From: a virus
Taxonomy: Duplodnaviria > Caudoviricetes
DNA: 50,473 bases
Direction: 5' to 3' (one strand)
Virus record (IMG/VR): IMGVR_UViG_3300029823_000001
Location: 1 to 50,473 of that record
How positions within the stretch are numbered: the stretch's first letter is position 1; every line of letters begins with the position of its first letter. Below the pieces are notes generated by a model. It was not told where the DNA came from. It worked only from the letters and a program-made list of their open reading frames with translations, and made no database searches. Below, one piece after another: positions 1 through 10,018 of this stretch. The position numbers and the translations under genes were made by a program.

Positions 1-226
1 ATCAAAACTGCGGAAAAAGTGGCACTGTGGCGACGTGGTGCAGCGTTGAAGCGAGAGACGGGGTACTGTTTCGAAACGGGGTCGAGTGGCTCCCAAACCT
101 CACCCCCCTCCCCTCTTCACACACGGCAAATTTTTCAGCCGTGGGGGTAATCAATAGCGGTTAAAATTATATCGGTTTCTGGCTATACTCCCATTGGGGG
201 GTTTAATTTTCGTTAAAACACAAACC

Positions 227-261
227 GTACGAAAAGATGAAAATTAACCCTATTGGTAAAG
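227..261 (+). promoter_or_regulatory. Putative phage late promoter, copy 1 (GTACGAAAA-N13-CCTATTGGTAAAG)
   Basis: Same bipartite motif with identical 13-nt spacer at 6273 and 13539; lies just upstream of the terS ATG at 268. Confidence 0.7.
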
Positions 262-267
262 AAGGAT

Positions 268-672
268 ATGTTTTCTGATGTAAAAGAAATTGAGGAAATA
301 GCTGTGTCTATCCAACAGATAATGATGGATCAGGGTGTTTATTCCCCTTTGTACAATTTGGCCATCCGCACATTGGCTGAAACTGTATTTTTAAAAAATT
401 CAATTCTGAATGATGCTATTTCGTACAAATTTCCAGACATAGACGAAGCTAACTCGAATTCCGCCGGAAGCAGTATTGTTGTCGAGCAGTCGAGAGAGGG
501 ATTTTTGCGATACAAGGCAAACCCTGCGTATCCATTATTTTTAAATTACGCAGAAAAAGAGTTTAAGTTCTTTGACAGCATGGGTATGACTGTAAAAAGC
601 TCAGAAGCGGTTCAGGACGATGAATTCGAGGAGTTGAAAAACAAGATGGATAAGGCAGCTAATGGGAAATAA
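268..672 (+). CDS. terS: Terminase small subunit (P27-like)
   Basis: Directly upstream of and overlapping terL; KANPAY...FFDSMGMT resembles the P27 terS NP...LGLT motif; ATG 268 preferred over TTG 253. Confidence 0.8.
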   Translation: MFSDVKEIEEIAVSIQQIMMDQGVYSPLYNLAIRTLAETVFLKNSILNDAISYKFPDIDEANSNSAGSSIVVEQSREGFLRYKANPAYPLFLNYAEKEFKFFDSMGMTVKSSEAVQDDEFEELKNKMDKAANGK

Positions 673-2365
673 GGAATTGATACAGCTAAAACAAGAAGTC
701 ATTGAGCGGTTAAAACAGGTCGATGCAGATTCTTACGACCTTGATTCGACCGACAAGAGACTTACTGTTTACATTCGGGACTGTATTGATAATCCCGATA
801 AACACAACCTTTACGAGTTATTAGCCGTTGAACGGTTTTTTTTATTCTTGCAAAAATACGAGTACCGGGCTGGCGAGGTACGAAAGTTTATAACCCTTTT
901 CGAAGAGTTGAAGTTTTCTGGAGACAAGGGGGCGACGAAGATAAAAGCCACTCCAGTTCAGATATTTCAGTTCGCAAACATAAAAGGATTTTACCGTTCC
1001 GACGGAAGAAGATTAACCAACTACGCTTTACTTTTCGTTCCGAGGAAGTTCGGAAAGACTACCGAAACCGTGGCGTTCATGGTGGACGATCTTCTGTTCG
1101 GAGATGCCAATTCACAATGCTACGCAGGGGCTAATTCCTACAAGCAGGCGCAGATTCTTTTCGGGGAGCTGAAGAACGTTCTAAGACGGTTGGACAGGAG
1201 ATTGAAAAGGTTTAAGATAAATCGTGAGGAGATAACCCACTTAGGACTTGTTCGTACCTCAAAAGCTGGCTGTCTTGCTTCCAAACCTGATAACCTCGAT
1301 GGATTAAACGCTTCTTTGGGAATTTACGACGAGTTGAGCAATGCGGATTCTTTCGGATTGAAGAACGTTATCGATTCATCGATGGGCGCAAGACTAAACC
1401 CTTTGAGCATAGCAATTACCACCGCTTCTGACAAGAGGGACGGCCCGTTCGTGGAGCTTCTTAACTACTATAAGAAAATCCTAAGGGGAGAGCTTGAAAA
1501 CGATCACGTCTTTGCGCATATATTCGAGCCGGATGTTGACGATGAGGAAAGCGACCCGAATACGTGGAGAAAAGTACAGCCACACATGGGAATTACCGTA
1601 AATGAGGACTTTTACGAAAGGGAATTGATGGTAGCCCAATCCTCCGCGGATAAGATGAAAGAGTTCAGGAATAAACTTCTGAACGTGTTTACGAAGTCCG
1701 AAGCAAAAGAATGGATAGGTAGGGATTATATAGAAAGATTGTTCTATAAGCATCCCGAATTGAGCGGGAAAAGGTGTGTGGTTGCGGTTGACTTATCTGT
1801 CGTTGACGACTTTTCAGCCGTAACCTACCTTTTCCATTTAGGCGACCGATACAGGAATCAGAAGTACTGCCCTATTCATTCCGTAACGGAGTACTTCATT
1901 CCTGCGGAGACGGTCGAAAAACACCCGAACAGGGAGCTTTATAAGAAGTGGGTAGAACAGGGTCATTTAAGAGTTATAAACAGCCCGACGATTGATTACG
2001 AATTCCTCGCAAACGATATTCTTGAACATCCATACGTGATAAAAGGACTGGGTTACGACCCGTACAAGAGCCGTGATTTTCTTAAAAACTTCATCGGCGC
2101 TGGATTGGAGGATTACCTATACCCAATTAAGCAGACTTACGGTGAATCGACTTCTTATGTTGAGGCTATCGAAATAGCGGTTTTCAACGAACAGATGACA
2201 TTTGACCCGAACCCGATCACTTCGTACTGTTTCGACAATGCGGTGATAGATGAGGACAGGTTGGAAAATAGAAAACCCATAAAGAGAATACCGACCGACA
2301 AGATAGACGGAGCGATAACCAATTTGATGGGGTTCTGGATGATGCACAACGTAAAAAATATATAA
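662..2365 (+). CDS. terL: Terminase large subunit
   Basis: Walker A VPRKFGKT, Walker B GIYDE, nuclease motifs AVDLS and DKIDG; 567 aa. Confidence 0.96.
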   Translation: MGNKELIQLKQEVIERLKQVDADSYDLDSTDKRLTVYIRDCIDNPDKHNLYELLAVERFFLFLQKYEYRAGEVRKFITLFEELKFSGDKGATKIKATPVQIFQFANIKGFYRSDGRRLTNYALLFVPRKFGKTTETVAFMVDDLLFGDANSQCYAGANSYKQAQILFGELKNVLRRLDRRLKRFKINREEITHLGLVRTSKAGCLASKPDNLDGLNASLGIYDELSNADSFGLKNVIDSSMGARLNPLSIAITTASDKRDGPFVELLNYYKKILRGELENDHVFAHIFEPDVDDEESDPNTWRKVQPHMGITVNEDFYERELMVAQSSADKMKEFRNKLLNVFTKSEAKEWIGRDYIERLFYKHPELSGKRCVVAVDLSVVDDFSAVTYLFHLGDRYRNQKYCPIHSVTEYFIPAETVEKHPNRELYKKWVEQGHLRVINSPTIDYEFLANDILEHPYVIKGLGYDPYKSRDFLKNFIGAGLEDYLYPIKQTYGESTSYVEAIEIAVFNEQMTFDPNPITSYCFDNAVIDEDRLENRKPIKRIPTDKIDGAITNLMGFWMMHNVKNI

Positions 2366-2367
2366 CC

Positions 2368-2538
2368 ATGAAAGATTTTTTATTCGGAAAACTGAAAACA
2401 TACCTGATACTCGCAGATGGCAGCGAATACAGTGTTGTCGGTCGCAGATATTCACATAAGAAAGGAATGTTGACCGTAAAGGACTGTTTTCAAAGCGTAG
2501 CCACATTTGTAACCTTTAAAAACATCATCGAAAAATGA
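2368..2538 (+). CDS. Small hypothetical protein (56 aa, MKDFLFGKLKTY...)
   Basis: Read by hand; fills the terL-portal gap, and its stop overlaps the portal start (ATGA). Confidence 0.6.
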   Translation: MKDFLFGKLKTYLILADGSEYSVVGRRYSHKKGMLTVKDCFQSVATFVTFKNIIEK

Positions 2539-3770
2539 AACGGGGATTAGTAAGCAAAAGAAGCATAACGAGCGACGACCCTCGTTTGATTGAATACATG
2601 ACCTATATCGGGGATAATCTGAACGGGTCGGTAAGTGTGTCGAGCGGTGATTCAGCCATGAAGATAGCCGCCGTTTATAGGAGTATTTCAATTCTATCTG
2701 GAACGATTGCGTCTCTACCGTTGTATCCGAGACGAAAGACAGCAAAGGGTAATTTTGAAATAGACTACAGCAATCCATTGTACAACCTTTTGACGTGGAA
2801 AACATCGAACAGGTTAAATTCATACGAGACGCTGGAAAGTGCGGTCATTCAAACATTGATGTACGGGAATGCTTATCTGTTCCCAAAGATGAAGAAGTTC
2901 GACTATTCCGAACTGGTTCTTTTAGGGCCCGGTTCGGTGGTTTACGACGACCTTACGGATAGGTACTTCATTACCGACCCGAAAAACGGCGTTTCTGGGA
3001 TGTTCGATTCGTGGCAGATCATTCATTTTAGAAACAAGAACCTTGACGGCAGTAAAGTAGGTTTAAGTACAATCCAATACGCAGGGAGGATTCTGAACAT
3101 TTCAGCCAACGCAGACGAACAGACCTTGGCTAACATGAAGTCCGGGAACAAGCAAAAGGGATTCCTGACTGGAGGAGCATTAAGGGATGGAATGGGTGTT
3201 TACAAGGACGAACAGGTCGATATAGTCGCTAAAAGACTTGAAACGCAACTCGCAAACGGTGATTCAGTAATGAGGCTTCCCGGTGAATTGAACTGGCTGC
3301 CCTATTCTATTTCGCCCGCAGATGCGCAGATACTTGAAAACAGGGAGTTTTCGGTATTCGATGTTTGTCGGTTCTTTGGTGTTCACCCCGATAAGGTCTT
3401 TGTAAGGCAAAACTCGAATTATAAGGCAAGTGAGAATTCTCAAACTTCGTTCATGACCGATACGCTTCAACCTTTGTTAACGCAGATGGAAAAGGAATTG
3501 ACCACAAAGCTGATTCCTAAAAAGAATATCGGGATAAAAGAAAAGATAGAATTTGACAGGGTTGCGCTTTACCAGTTAGACCCGTCCGGCGCAGCTACTT
3601 ATTACAAACAAATGTTCGAGGTCGGCGGGTTAACTTCAGATGAGATTCGAGTAGCAACGAACAGGGAGCCAAAAGATGGTGGGGATGTTCTGTTTGTGAG
3701 TGCCAATGTTGCACCTATCAATTCGGCAAAGATTTACGGAGAGAAACGGGAAGAAAAAACTATTGAATGA
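2535..3770 (+). CDS. Portal protein, HK97 family
   Basis: AAVYRSISILSGTIASLPL, YGNAY, IIHFR, DAQILE, CRFFGVHP, LTSDEIR motifs. Confidence 0.95.
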   Translation: MKRGLVSKRSITSDDPRLIEYMTYIGDNLNGSVSVSSGDSAMKIAAVYRSISILSGTIASLPLYPRRKTAKGNFEIDYSNPLYNLLTWKTSNRLNSYETLESAVIQTLMYGNAYLFPKMKKFDYSELVLLGPGSVVYDDLTDRYFITDPKNGVSGMFDSWQIIHFRNKNLDGSKVGLSTIQYAGRILNISANADEQTLANMKSGNKQKGFLTGGALRDGMGVYKDEQVDIVAKRLETQLANGDSVMRLPGELNWLPYSISPADAQILENREFSVFDVCRFFGVHPDKVFVRQNSNYKASENSQTSFMTDTLQPLLTQMEKELTTKLIPKKNIGIKEKIEFDRVALYQLDPSGAATYYKQMFEVGGLTSDEIRVATNREPKDGGDVLFVSANVAPINSAKIYGEKREEKTIE

Positions 3771-5233
3771 TGAGCGTTCAGGCTGTTTTATCAAAAATAG
3801 AGGAATTGAGAGAGGAGGTTTCCAATATGGCACAATCCTCACGGATAGGGATAGCTATTTCCACTTGCAACCGTTACGATATTTTCAAAAGATGTTACGA
3901 CGAGGTTAAGAGGTTCGCACCACCCAATTCCGTTATAGTCGTTGTTGACGACGCAAGCGACAAACCGGTACCGGAAGCAACGTTCAGATTCAATCAGAAT
4001 GTCGGTATAGCGAGAGCGAAGAACAAATGCTTTGAGCTTCTTTACGATGAGGGTTGCGAACACTTCTTTCTGTTCGATGATGACTGTTGGCCGCAAAGGG
4101 AAGATTGGTATGTTCCCTATGTGGAAAGCAAAGAGCCTCACTTAAATTACATATTCGAGCAGTTCAAATCATTGAACGCGCCGAAGCTGAACGACACGAT
4201 TGTGATCTATAAAGATAGCAAGATAGTAGCCTATTCCCATGCGAGGGGCTGCATGTGTTACTATAAGAGGGTTTGTCTGGAAAAGGTCGGGGGGATGGAT
4301 ACCGTATTCGGAAAATGGGGTTATGAGCATCCGCAATTAAGTAACAGGATTTACAACGCAGGATTGACTTCTTTCAGGTATATGGACGTTCCCAACAGCG
4401 ACAAGCTGATCTACTCTTTGGACGAGCACAACGGAAACACCAGTTCAACCGTTATCGGAGCGGAAAGGCAGAAATGGATTGCGAGAAATTCAAAGATTTA
4501 CGAGGACACCAAAGACCAGTTTTACTATGTTCCGTTCAAAGAGAAAAGGAATATCGTTTTAACCTGTCTTTTCTCAAACCTTGACGATCCGCAAAGACCC
4601 AAACCGATGCCGGCCGATAAATCCATTTTAAAGCCTTTAATCGATTCGATGAAAGGTCAGGACATCGTTGTCCTTTCGGACGGAATAGAGGCAGGAAAAG
4701 AGGGCAGCGCGGAGTTTATAAAGGTCGAGACGTTTGTAAGGAATGTGTACTTTCAAAGATGGGTGAGTTATTACCGATACCTTTTAGAACACAGGGATTC
4801 GATTGGAAAAGTATTCATAACCGACGGTTCGGACGTGGTGATGTTGAGAAGTCCGTTTGAAAAGATGAAAGACGGGATTCTTTATGTTGGAGACGAGCCG
4901 AACATGACGGGCTGCGAGTGGATGGTGAAAAACCACCCTCATAAAAATTTGCAGACTTTTATCATAGGCAATACCGATGTTCTTCTGAACGCAGGATTGT
5001 GTGGCGGTTCGGTTGACATAGTGATTGAATTTCTTAATAAATTTCTTTCATTTTACTTTCAGTCCGTTACCGACACCCATTTTCACAAAACGCCCGGCTG
5101 CGGTGTGGATATGGGATTATTTAATTATATCGCACGTAAGCACTTCGAGGGGAGATTAGTTCACGGCACGCAGGTTAATACGGTTTTTAAGGCTGAAAAG
5201 CCGAATGATGTATCATGGTTTCAACACAAATAA
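3767..5233 (+). CDS. Glycosyltransferase: N-terminal GT2/GT-A domain plus a second GT-A-like domain
   Basis: IAISTCNR, VVVDDAS, GIARAKN, FLFDDD, WGYEH (GT2 signature); C-terminal FITDGSDV, LLNAG...GG and DMGLFNY resemble a GT-A fold. Confidence 0.85.
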   Translation: MMSVQAVLSKIEELREEVSNMAQSSRIGIAISTCNRYDIFKRCYDEVKRFAPPNSVIVVVDDASDKPVPEATFRFNQNVGIARAKNKCFELLYDEGCEHFFLFDDDCWPQREDWYVPYVESKEPHLNYIFEQFKSLNAPKLNDTIVIYKDSKIVAYSHARGCMCYYKRVCLEKVGGMDTVFGKWGYEHPQLSNRIYNAGLTSFRYMDVPNSDKLIYSLDEHNGNTSSTVIGAERQKWIARNSKIYEDTKDQFYYVPFKEKRNIVLTCLFSNLDDPQRPKPMPADKSILKPLIDSMKGQDIVVLSDGIEAGKEGSAEFIKVETFVRNVYFQRWVSYYRYLLEHRDSIGKVFITDGSDVVMLRSPFEKMKDGILYVGDEPNMTGCEWMVKNHPHKNLQTFIIGNTDVLLNAGLCGGSVDIVIEFLNKFLSFYFQSVTDTHFHKTPGCGVDMGLFNYIARKHFEGRLVHGTQVNTVFKAEKPNDVSWFQHK

Positions 5234-5234
5234 C

Positions 5235-5444
5235 ATGACAAAATTAGAGGCAAAACAAAGCGGATACACCCACAATGGGTTAATGTATGGGTTTATCCCA
5301 ATTTATATAAAACATGATTATTGGGATATTGATGTGGTCGGTAAAAATAGGTTCTTGGATTTGATTTTAGATGTGTTTATATTCGTAGACAATATATTCT
5401 CAATGACAGATGGTTTTTGTGTTTGGGAGGGAGATGAGCTATGA
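5235..5444 (+). CDS. Hypothetical protein
   Basis: Tightly packed ORF; ATGA overlap with the next gene. Confidence 0.6.
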   Translation: MTKLEAKQSGYTHNGLMYGFIPIYIKHDYWDIDVVGKNRFLDLILDVFIFVDNIFSMTDGFCVWEGDEL

Positions 5445-5971
5445 TTTACTACTTAACCCCATTCGACAATGAAAAACAGATAGGACGGTCGCACAACATC
5501 CATTGCGCCTGTGTTCCAAATTCCGACGATTGGATATGTATTACCGATTCCGACGTTTTATTCCTTTTGCCCGATACGAAAAAGCAAATATCGGACATTA
5601 TAGATAGACACGATTTTGATGTTTACGGATGCCTGACGAATAGAATAGGTTCACACCACCAACAGGCGGACGGATTTTCAGAAAACACCGACATTCTATA
5701 CCATAAAAAAATAGCCCAAAAACTGCAAAAAGAGCGTTATTTTGACGTAAAGGAGACTAAAATTAACATTGCAGGCTTTCTTATGGTATTCCAGAAAAAG
5801 ACCTGGGAAAAGTACAAGTTTTCCGACAATTCAATACGGTTCGATTCGGAATTTACCGATAAGGTGATGAGAGATGGTGGAAAGTTGGGGATAATGCAGG
5901 GCGTTTATGTTTTTCACGATTACAGATTAGGACAGAATAACCCGAAATTCTACATAGATCATCTGAAATGA
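5441..5971 (+). CDS. Small GT-A-fold glycosyltransferase-like protein
   Basis: WICITDSD (DxD), IAGFLMVFQKKTWEK, FDSEF and YVFH motifs. Confidence 0.65.
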   Translation: MIYYLTPFDNEKQIGRSHNIHCACVPNSDDWICITDSDVLFLLPDTKKQISDIIDRHDFDVYGCLTNRIGSHHQQADGFSENTDILYHKKIAQKLQKERYFDVKETKINIAGFLMVFQKKTWEKYKFSDNSIRFDSEFTDKVMRDGGKLGIMQGVYVFHDYRLGQNNPKFYIDHLK

Positions 5972-6177
5972 GCCGATATTTTAGTATAAGTACGAATTTC
6001 GGATATTTTATCCTATTAGAAAAGGATGATATGTGTTTAGCTAAAAAAACAGCGTTAAAAGACATAGACGACCACCTTAAAAGGATTTACGGTGACGATT
6101 ATAAGAGATGCTCCATTTACAGCAAGCACTTAGATACGAAAGAGATTGATTTTTTGAACCGTGTTCTTTTACCATGA
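5968..6177 (+). CDS. Hypothetical protein
   Basis: ATGA-coupled ORF. Confidence 0.5.
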   Translation: MSRYFSISTNFGYFILLEKDDMCLAKKTALKDIDDHLKRIYGDDYKRCSIYSKHLDTKEIDFLNRVLLP

Positions 6178-6227
6178 ACAATTTTTAGGATTCATATTTT
6201 TGTGTTTGTTTTTAAAATTTTTGGAAA

Positions 6228-6255
6228 AAGGCTCGTTGTGAAACGGGCTTTTTTT
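6228..6255 (+). terminator. Rho-independent terminator
   Basis: AAGGCTCGTT-GTGA-AACGGGCTTT stem followed by a T run. Confidence 0.8.
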
Positions 6256-6272
6256 ATGAATATTCCGTATTA

Positions 6273-6307
6273 GTACGAAAAACCAGTATTTCATCCTATT
6301 AGTAAAG
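6273..6307 (+). promoter_or_regulatory. Putative phage late promoter, copy 2 (GTACGAAAA-N13-CCTATTAGTAAAG)
   Basis: Follows a terminator and precedes the protease/capsid operon; same motif as at 227 and 13539. Confidence 0.75.
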
Positions 6308-6316
6308 ATACCTACC

Positions 6317-6949
6317 ATGAAGAACTTAGAAATCCGCAGTTTTGGCGGGGATGCTGCGCCTAAAATAGAGGGACGTACCATAGATGGGTACGCCATTGTC
6401 TTTAACCAATGGTCGGAAATAATGTACGACCGCGAAGATAAACGATTTTTCAGGGAAAAGATAAACCAATTAGCCGTTACCGATGAATTGATTAACCGTT
6501 CGGACATCAAGGCTTTGGTTGAACACACCAGAACAAGACTTTTAGCACGGAGAAACAAGGGTTACGGAACATTAACGCTTGAAATCCATGATCACGGACT
6601 TTTTTATCGCTTCGACGCACCCAATACCGCCGATGGTGATTACTCCGTAGAAATGGTTTCCAGAGGAGACATAAACGGCTCTTCTTTCGCCTTTTCAGCA
6701 ATCAAGGGAAAAGACGACGTATGGGTTAAAGGTGCAGATGGTATATGGGAAAGGACGATTAACAACATTCGATTCTTATCGGACGTAACCATTACCGCAG
6801 ATCCCGCCTATTCCCAAACCGAAGTGAGCGTAAGAAGCCTTGAAGAAATGGAACAACCGGAAGAACCGCAAGAGACACAAGAGGAAAGACACGAGGAAAA
6901 CCCAAAGCCATATAAAGCTAAACTACAATTACTTAAACAAAGAATTTAA
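6317..6949 (+). CDS. Prohead maturation protease, HK97 family
   Basis: IDGYAIVFN, LVEH, RGDINGSSFAF, DVTITADPAY motifs. Confidence 0.95.
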   Translation: MKNLEIRSFGGDAAPKIEGRTIDGYAIVFNQWSEIMYDREDKRFFREKINQLAVTDELINRSDIKALVEHTRTRLLARRNKGYGTLTLEIHDHGLFYRFDAPNTADGDYSVEMVSRGDINGSSFAFSAIKGKDDVWVKGADGIWERTINNIRFLSDVTITADPAYSQTEVSVRSLEEMEQPEEPQETQEERHEENPKPYKAKLQLLKQRI

Positions 6950-6963
6950 TTAAATTTTTTACC

Positions 6964-8079
6964 ATGACAGAAAAAGAAAGACTTGACAAAATTGCGGAAT
7001 TGAAGAGCCAGATGCGCTCAATGCTTGACACCGCAGTAAAGGAGGAGAGGGATATGAATGATTCCGAACAGGAAACATTTGATAAACTTGATTCCGAAGT
7101 TCGTATGCACATGAATTTTTTCAGGGCAAACGAAATGACACCAACCGTAAAAACAGAGGAACGTAAGATTCACGACATTTTCGGTGAAAATTTGAGAAAT
7201 GCCGTAACTAACGGCGGAAAAGCAAAAATCGAGGTTCGCACGAACGTAAACATTGACAGTACCGATGTGGCCGACACCATTCCCGTTCTTTTCCAAGACG
7301 TGATTGATGCGCTTACACCCGCTTTGATTATCGAAAAAGCTGGTTCCAAAATGCTGTTCAACGTGCAGGGACAACCTACATGGCCGACTGTTGGAGACGT
7401 TGAGGCTTCGTGGGCTGGCGAAAACGTGTCTTTGGTTGACAAGGATATCAATTTCGACGCCATCCGTGCTACTCCTCACCGTATGGGATTGAAGATTAAG
7501 GTTTCCCGCAGGGCTTTGAACCAGTCAAACCTGAATCTTTACAATCTGGTTGTAAACAAGATTGCCAGATCATTCGCCGCTCTCTTGAACAAGACGATGG
7601 TGTCTCTTACCGCAGTTGCACAGGACGCTCCTACCGGAGTATTCGTTGCTGCCGCTTTAGATGCTGTTCCGTTGAGCGCAACACCTACATTCAAAGAAGT
7701 TGTTTCGCTTGAAACCGAAGTGATGGCGCACAATATCGAATTGGACGCCGACGGTTTTGGAGCTTACATTATCAGTACCGCCATGCGTGGTAAACTGAAA
7801 ACCACTCCTATCGAAGCAGGGGAAACTAAAATGATTCTTGAGGGTGATTTGATGAACGGATATCCCGTTATCGTTTCCAACTACATGGACGCAAACTCCA
7901 TCGGTTTTGGATTCTTCGAATATTCCGTTGTATCGCAGTTCGGCGACTTTAACCTGATCTTCGACCCGATCACCGGAGCTGGCGAAAACGAAGTAAAATT
8001 CGTTGGTAATACCGAGGTTGACATTACCCTGTTGAGACCCGAAGCATTTGTTATTGGACAAATACCGCAGACTACTTGA
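6964..8079 (+). CDS. Major capsid protein, HK97 fold with N-terminal delta domain
   Basis: Follows the protease; coiled-coil N-terminus, ASWAGE, LMNGYPVIVSN, LRPEAF. Confidence 0.93.
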   Translation: MTEKERLDKIAELKSQMRSMLDTAVKEERDMNDSEQETFDKLDSEVRMHMNFFRANEMTPTVKTEERKIHDIFGENLRNAVTNGGKAKIEVRTNVNIDSTDVADTIPVLFQDVIDALTPALIIEKAGSKMLFNVQGQPTWPTVGDVEASWAGENVSLVDKDINFDAIRATPHRMGLKIKVSRRALNQSNLNLYNLVVNKIARSFAALLNKTMVSLTAVAQDAPTGVFVAAALDAVPLSATPTFKEVVSLETEVMAHNIELDADGFGAYIISTAMRGKLKTTPIEAGETKMILEGDLMNGYPVIVSNYMDANSIGFGFFEYSVVSQFGDFNLIFDPITGAGENEVKFVGNTEVDITLLRPEAFVIGQIPQTT

Positions 8080-8369
8080 TGTACGTAACCCTTGAAGATA
8101 TTAAGAGGCATCTCAACGTTGACTTCAACGATGACGATACGCTTATAACTTCCATGATAGACGCGGCGGAGGTATCTATCGAGCAGTCGATAAATACCCC
8201 GCTTGCGGGTATCGCAGTAGAAGGAGTACTGCCAAAAGATCTTATCCATGCGATAAGGATACTGACGGCGGTATTCTACGAGTACAGAGAGGGTTTTACA
8301 CACGGAAAGATCATGCAGGTACCTTTTACCCTGGCGCATCTTTTAACACCTTATCGGAAACTATCATGA
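8079..8369 (+). CDS. Head-tail connector (gp6-like)
   Basis: VTLEDIKRHLNVD...DDTLI...FYEYRE...LLTPYR. Confidence 0.9.
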   Translation: MYVTLEDIKRHLNVDFNDDDTLITSMIDAAEVSIEQSINTPLAGIAVEGVLPKDLIHAIRILTAVFYEYREGFTHGKIMQVPFTLAHLLTPYRKLS

Positions 8370-8692
8370 GAGCAGGAAGTATGCGGGAGAGGCTGACTTT
8401 TAACGAGCTGACTGAGACACAGTCTCCATCTGGTGCGGTAAGAAAGACGTGGACACCCGTATATGAATGCAGGGGCTTTTACAAAAGAAGCTCACCAGTT
8501 TACGACAAGGACGGCGTGGAGGCGAAAGAGTTGTACCGTGGCGAAACAATCTTTATGATCGTTCGTGAAACTTCCCAGATCAATGCGAACTACAGGGTAG
8601 GATATAAGGGGTTCATGTATGAAATTATCCTTATTACTCCAGTACATTCCGACAATACTTTAGAAATCCAGCTAAGAAAAATCAATGAGTGA
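8366..8692 (+). CDS. Head closure / head-tail adaptor
   Basis: MRAGSMRERLTF N-terminus and synteny. Confidence 0.85.
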   Translation: MRAGSMRERLTFNELTETQSPSGAVRKTWTPVYECRGFYKRSSPVYDKDGVEAKELYRGETIFMIVRETSQINANYRVGYKGFMYEIILITPVHSDNTLEIQLRKINE

Positions 8693-9143
8693 CATCGGGA
8701 TTAAAATAGTGAACATCGAGCGGGTTTATGCTCTTGTTGACGAGTTGAAAGCCGTTGACAGGAACAAGGCCATAAGAGGCGGGATGATCGAGGGTGCTAA
8801 GGTTCTTGTGAGGATCGGAAAGAGCAATTTAAGATCAAGGAACGACGAGCATACCGGAAACCTTCTCCAGTCGATGCGCTGGAAATCGGCGAGAAATTCG
8901 CTTGCTGTTTATGCCGGATTTGAAAGAAGCTACAAGTTCGAGGCTTTAAAGGGGGTCGGCAATCACGCTCATTTAGTTGACCGTGGCACGAAGGACAGAT
9001 ACACGAAAAAGGGATATTTCAGAGGAAAGATGCCTGCAAGTTATTTCTGGACTGACACGAGAAACGAGGGCGGTGGAGAGGCGATGCGGAGCATTGAAAA
9101 GGGAATAATAAACATGGTCGAAAACCTTAAAATGAAATACTAA
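8685..9143 (+). CDS. HK97 gp10-like tail completion protein
   Basis: TGNLLQS, HAHLVDRGT, GKMPASYF motifs. Confidence 0.8.
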   Translation: MSDIGIKIVNIERVYALVDELKAVDRNKAIRGGMIEGAKVLVRIGKSNLRSRNDEHTGNLLQSMRWKSARNSLAVYAGFERSYKFEALKGVGNHAHLVDRGTKDRYTKKGYFRGKMPASYFWTDTRNEGGGEAMRSIEKGIINMVENLKMKY

Positions 9144-9514
9144 TGTTATCACTTGAAAAACTGACCATATCCACCATTGCAAGGGCGATTCTTTTACAGG
9201 ACAGCGAAATCGTAAGTCTTGTTGGAACTAAGATATTCCCGAGCATCGCACCCGCCGACACGCCATCTCCCCATATAGTCTACGAAAGGGATGCGTATGA
9301 TACCGAGGACGTGAAGTTTGGTGTTGTCCGCGAGATAGCGAAGGTAACCTATGTAATTGTTTCCGACGACTACGACACCGGTCTTCAAATAGCCGTTGCG
9401 ATGCACAGGGTTCTACAGGGAGACCACGACGATCTGACCTTTGAAATCATAAATTCTGCCGAGCGGCACGAAGAGGGAAAATTCTTACAGATAATTGACT
9501 TTAAAATAACTTAA
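9143..9514 (+). CDS. Tail terminator (DUF3168-like)
   Basis: LVGTKIFPSIAP...PHIVY; lies before the tail tube gene. Confidence 0.75.
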   Translation: MLSLEKLTISTIARAILLQDSEIVSLVGTKIFPSIAPADTPSPHIVYERDAYDTEDVKFGVVREIAKVTYVIVSDDYDTGLQIAVAMHRVLQGDHDDLTFEIINSAERHEEGKFLQIIDFKIT

Positions 9515-9518
9515 TACC

Positions 9519-9995
9519 ATGGCATTTAACCAAAAAACAGATTTAATCAAAGGGGAAGCGTTGTTGCTTTACATTGGCGAGACGGTTGGTGAGGTTACTA
9601 CCTACAAACCCATTGCATACGCAAGCACGCACACCCTTTCAATCAACGGAGATACCATCGACACCTCTTCCAAGATGAGCGGTGCGTGGAAGGAATTCTT
9701 TGTTGGGCAGCTGAACTGGCAGGTTACGAGTGAATCGCTCGTTTCAAAAACTTCCGGTCAGATGAGTTACAAAACCCTTAAATCTCTGATGGCGGCAAGA
9801 GAGCCTATTTTAATCAAGATAGGTTCCCCGCAGGCCGCGAGCGCCGATTTCACGCTTGACACGTCGAGCGAGGTGGCATCGGGTTCCGCGATTATCACTT
9901 CACTCGAACAGACCGCAACAAACGGGGAGCTTTGCACAAGCTCAATCACATTGCAGGGGACGGGCGTTTTGGGTGACGGTACGCCAACCACCTAA
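9519..9995 (+). CDS. Major tail tube protein (TP901-1-like)
   Basis: IDTSSK..GAWKEF..G..W and SITLQGTG motifs. Confidence 0.88.
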   Translation: MAFNQKTDLIKGEALLLYIGETVGEVTTYKPIAYASTHTLSINGDTIDTSSKMSGAWKEFFVGQLNWQVTSESLVSKTSGQMSYKTLKSLMAAREPILIKIGSPQAASADFTLDTSSEVASGSAIITSLEQTATNGELCTSSITLQGTGVLGDGTPTT

Positions 9996-10018
9996 GTAAA
10001 TCATTAACCAAAATTTGG

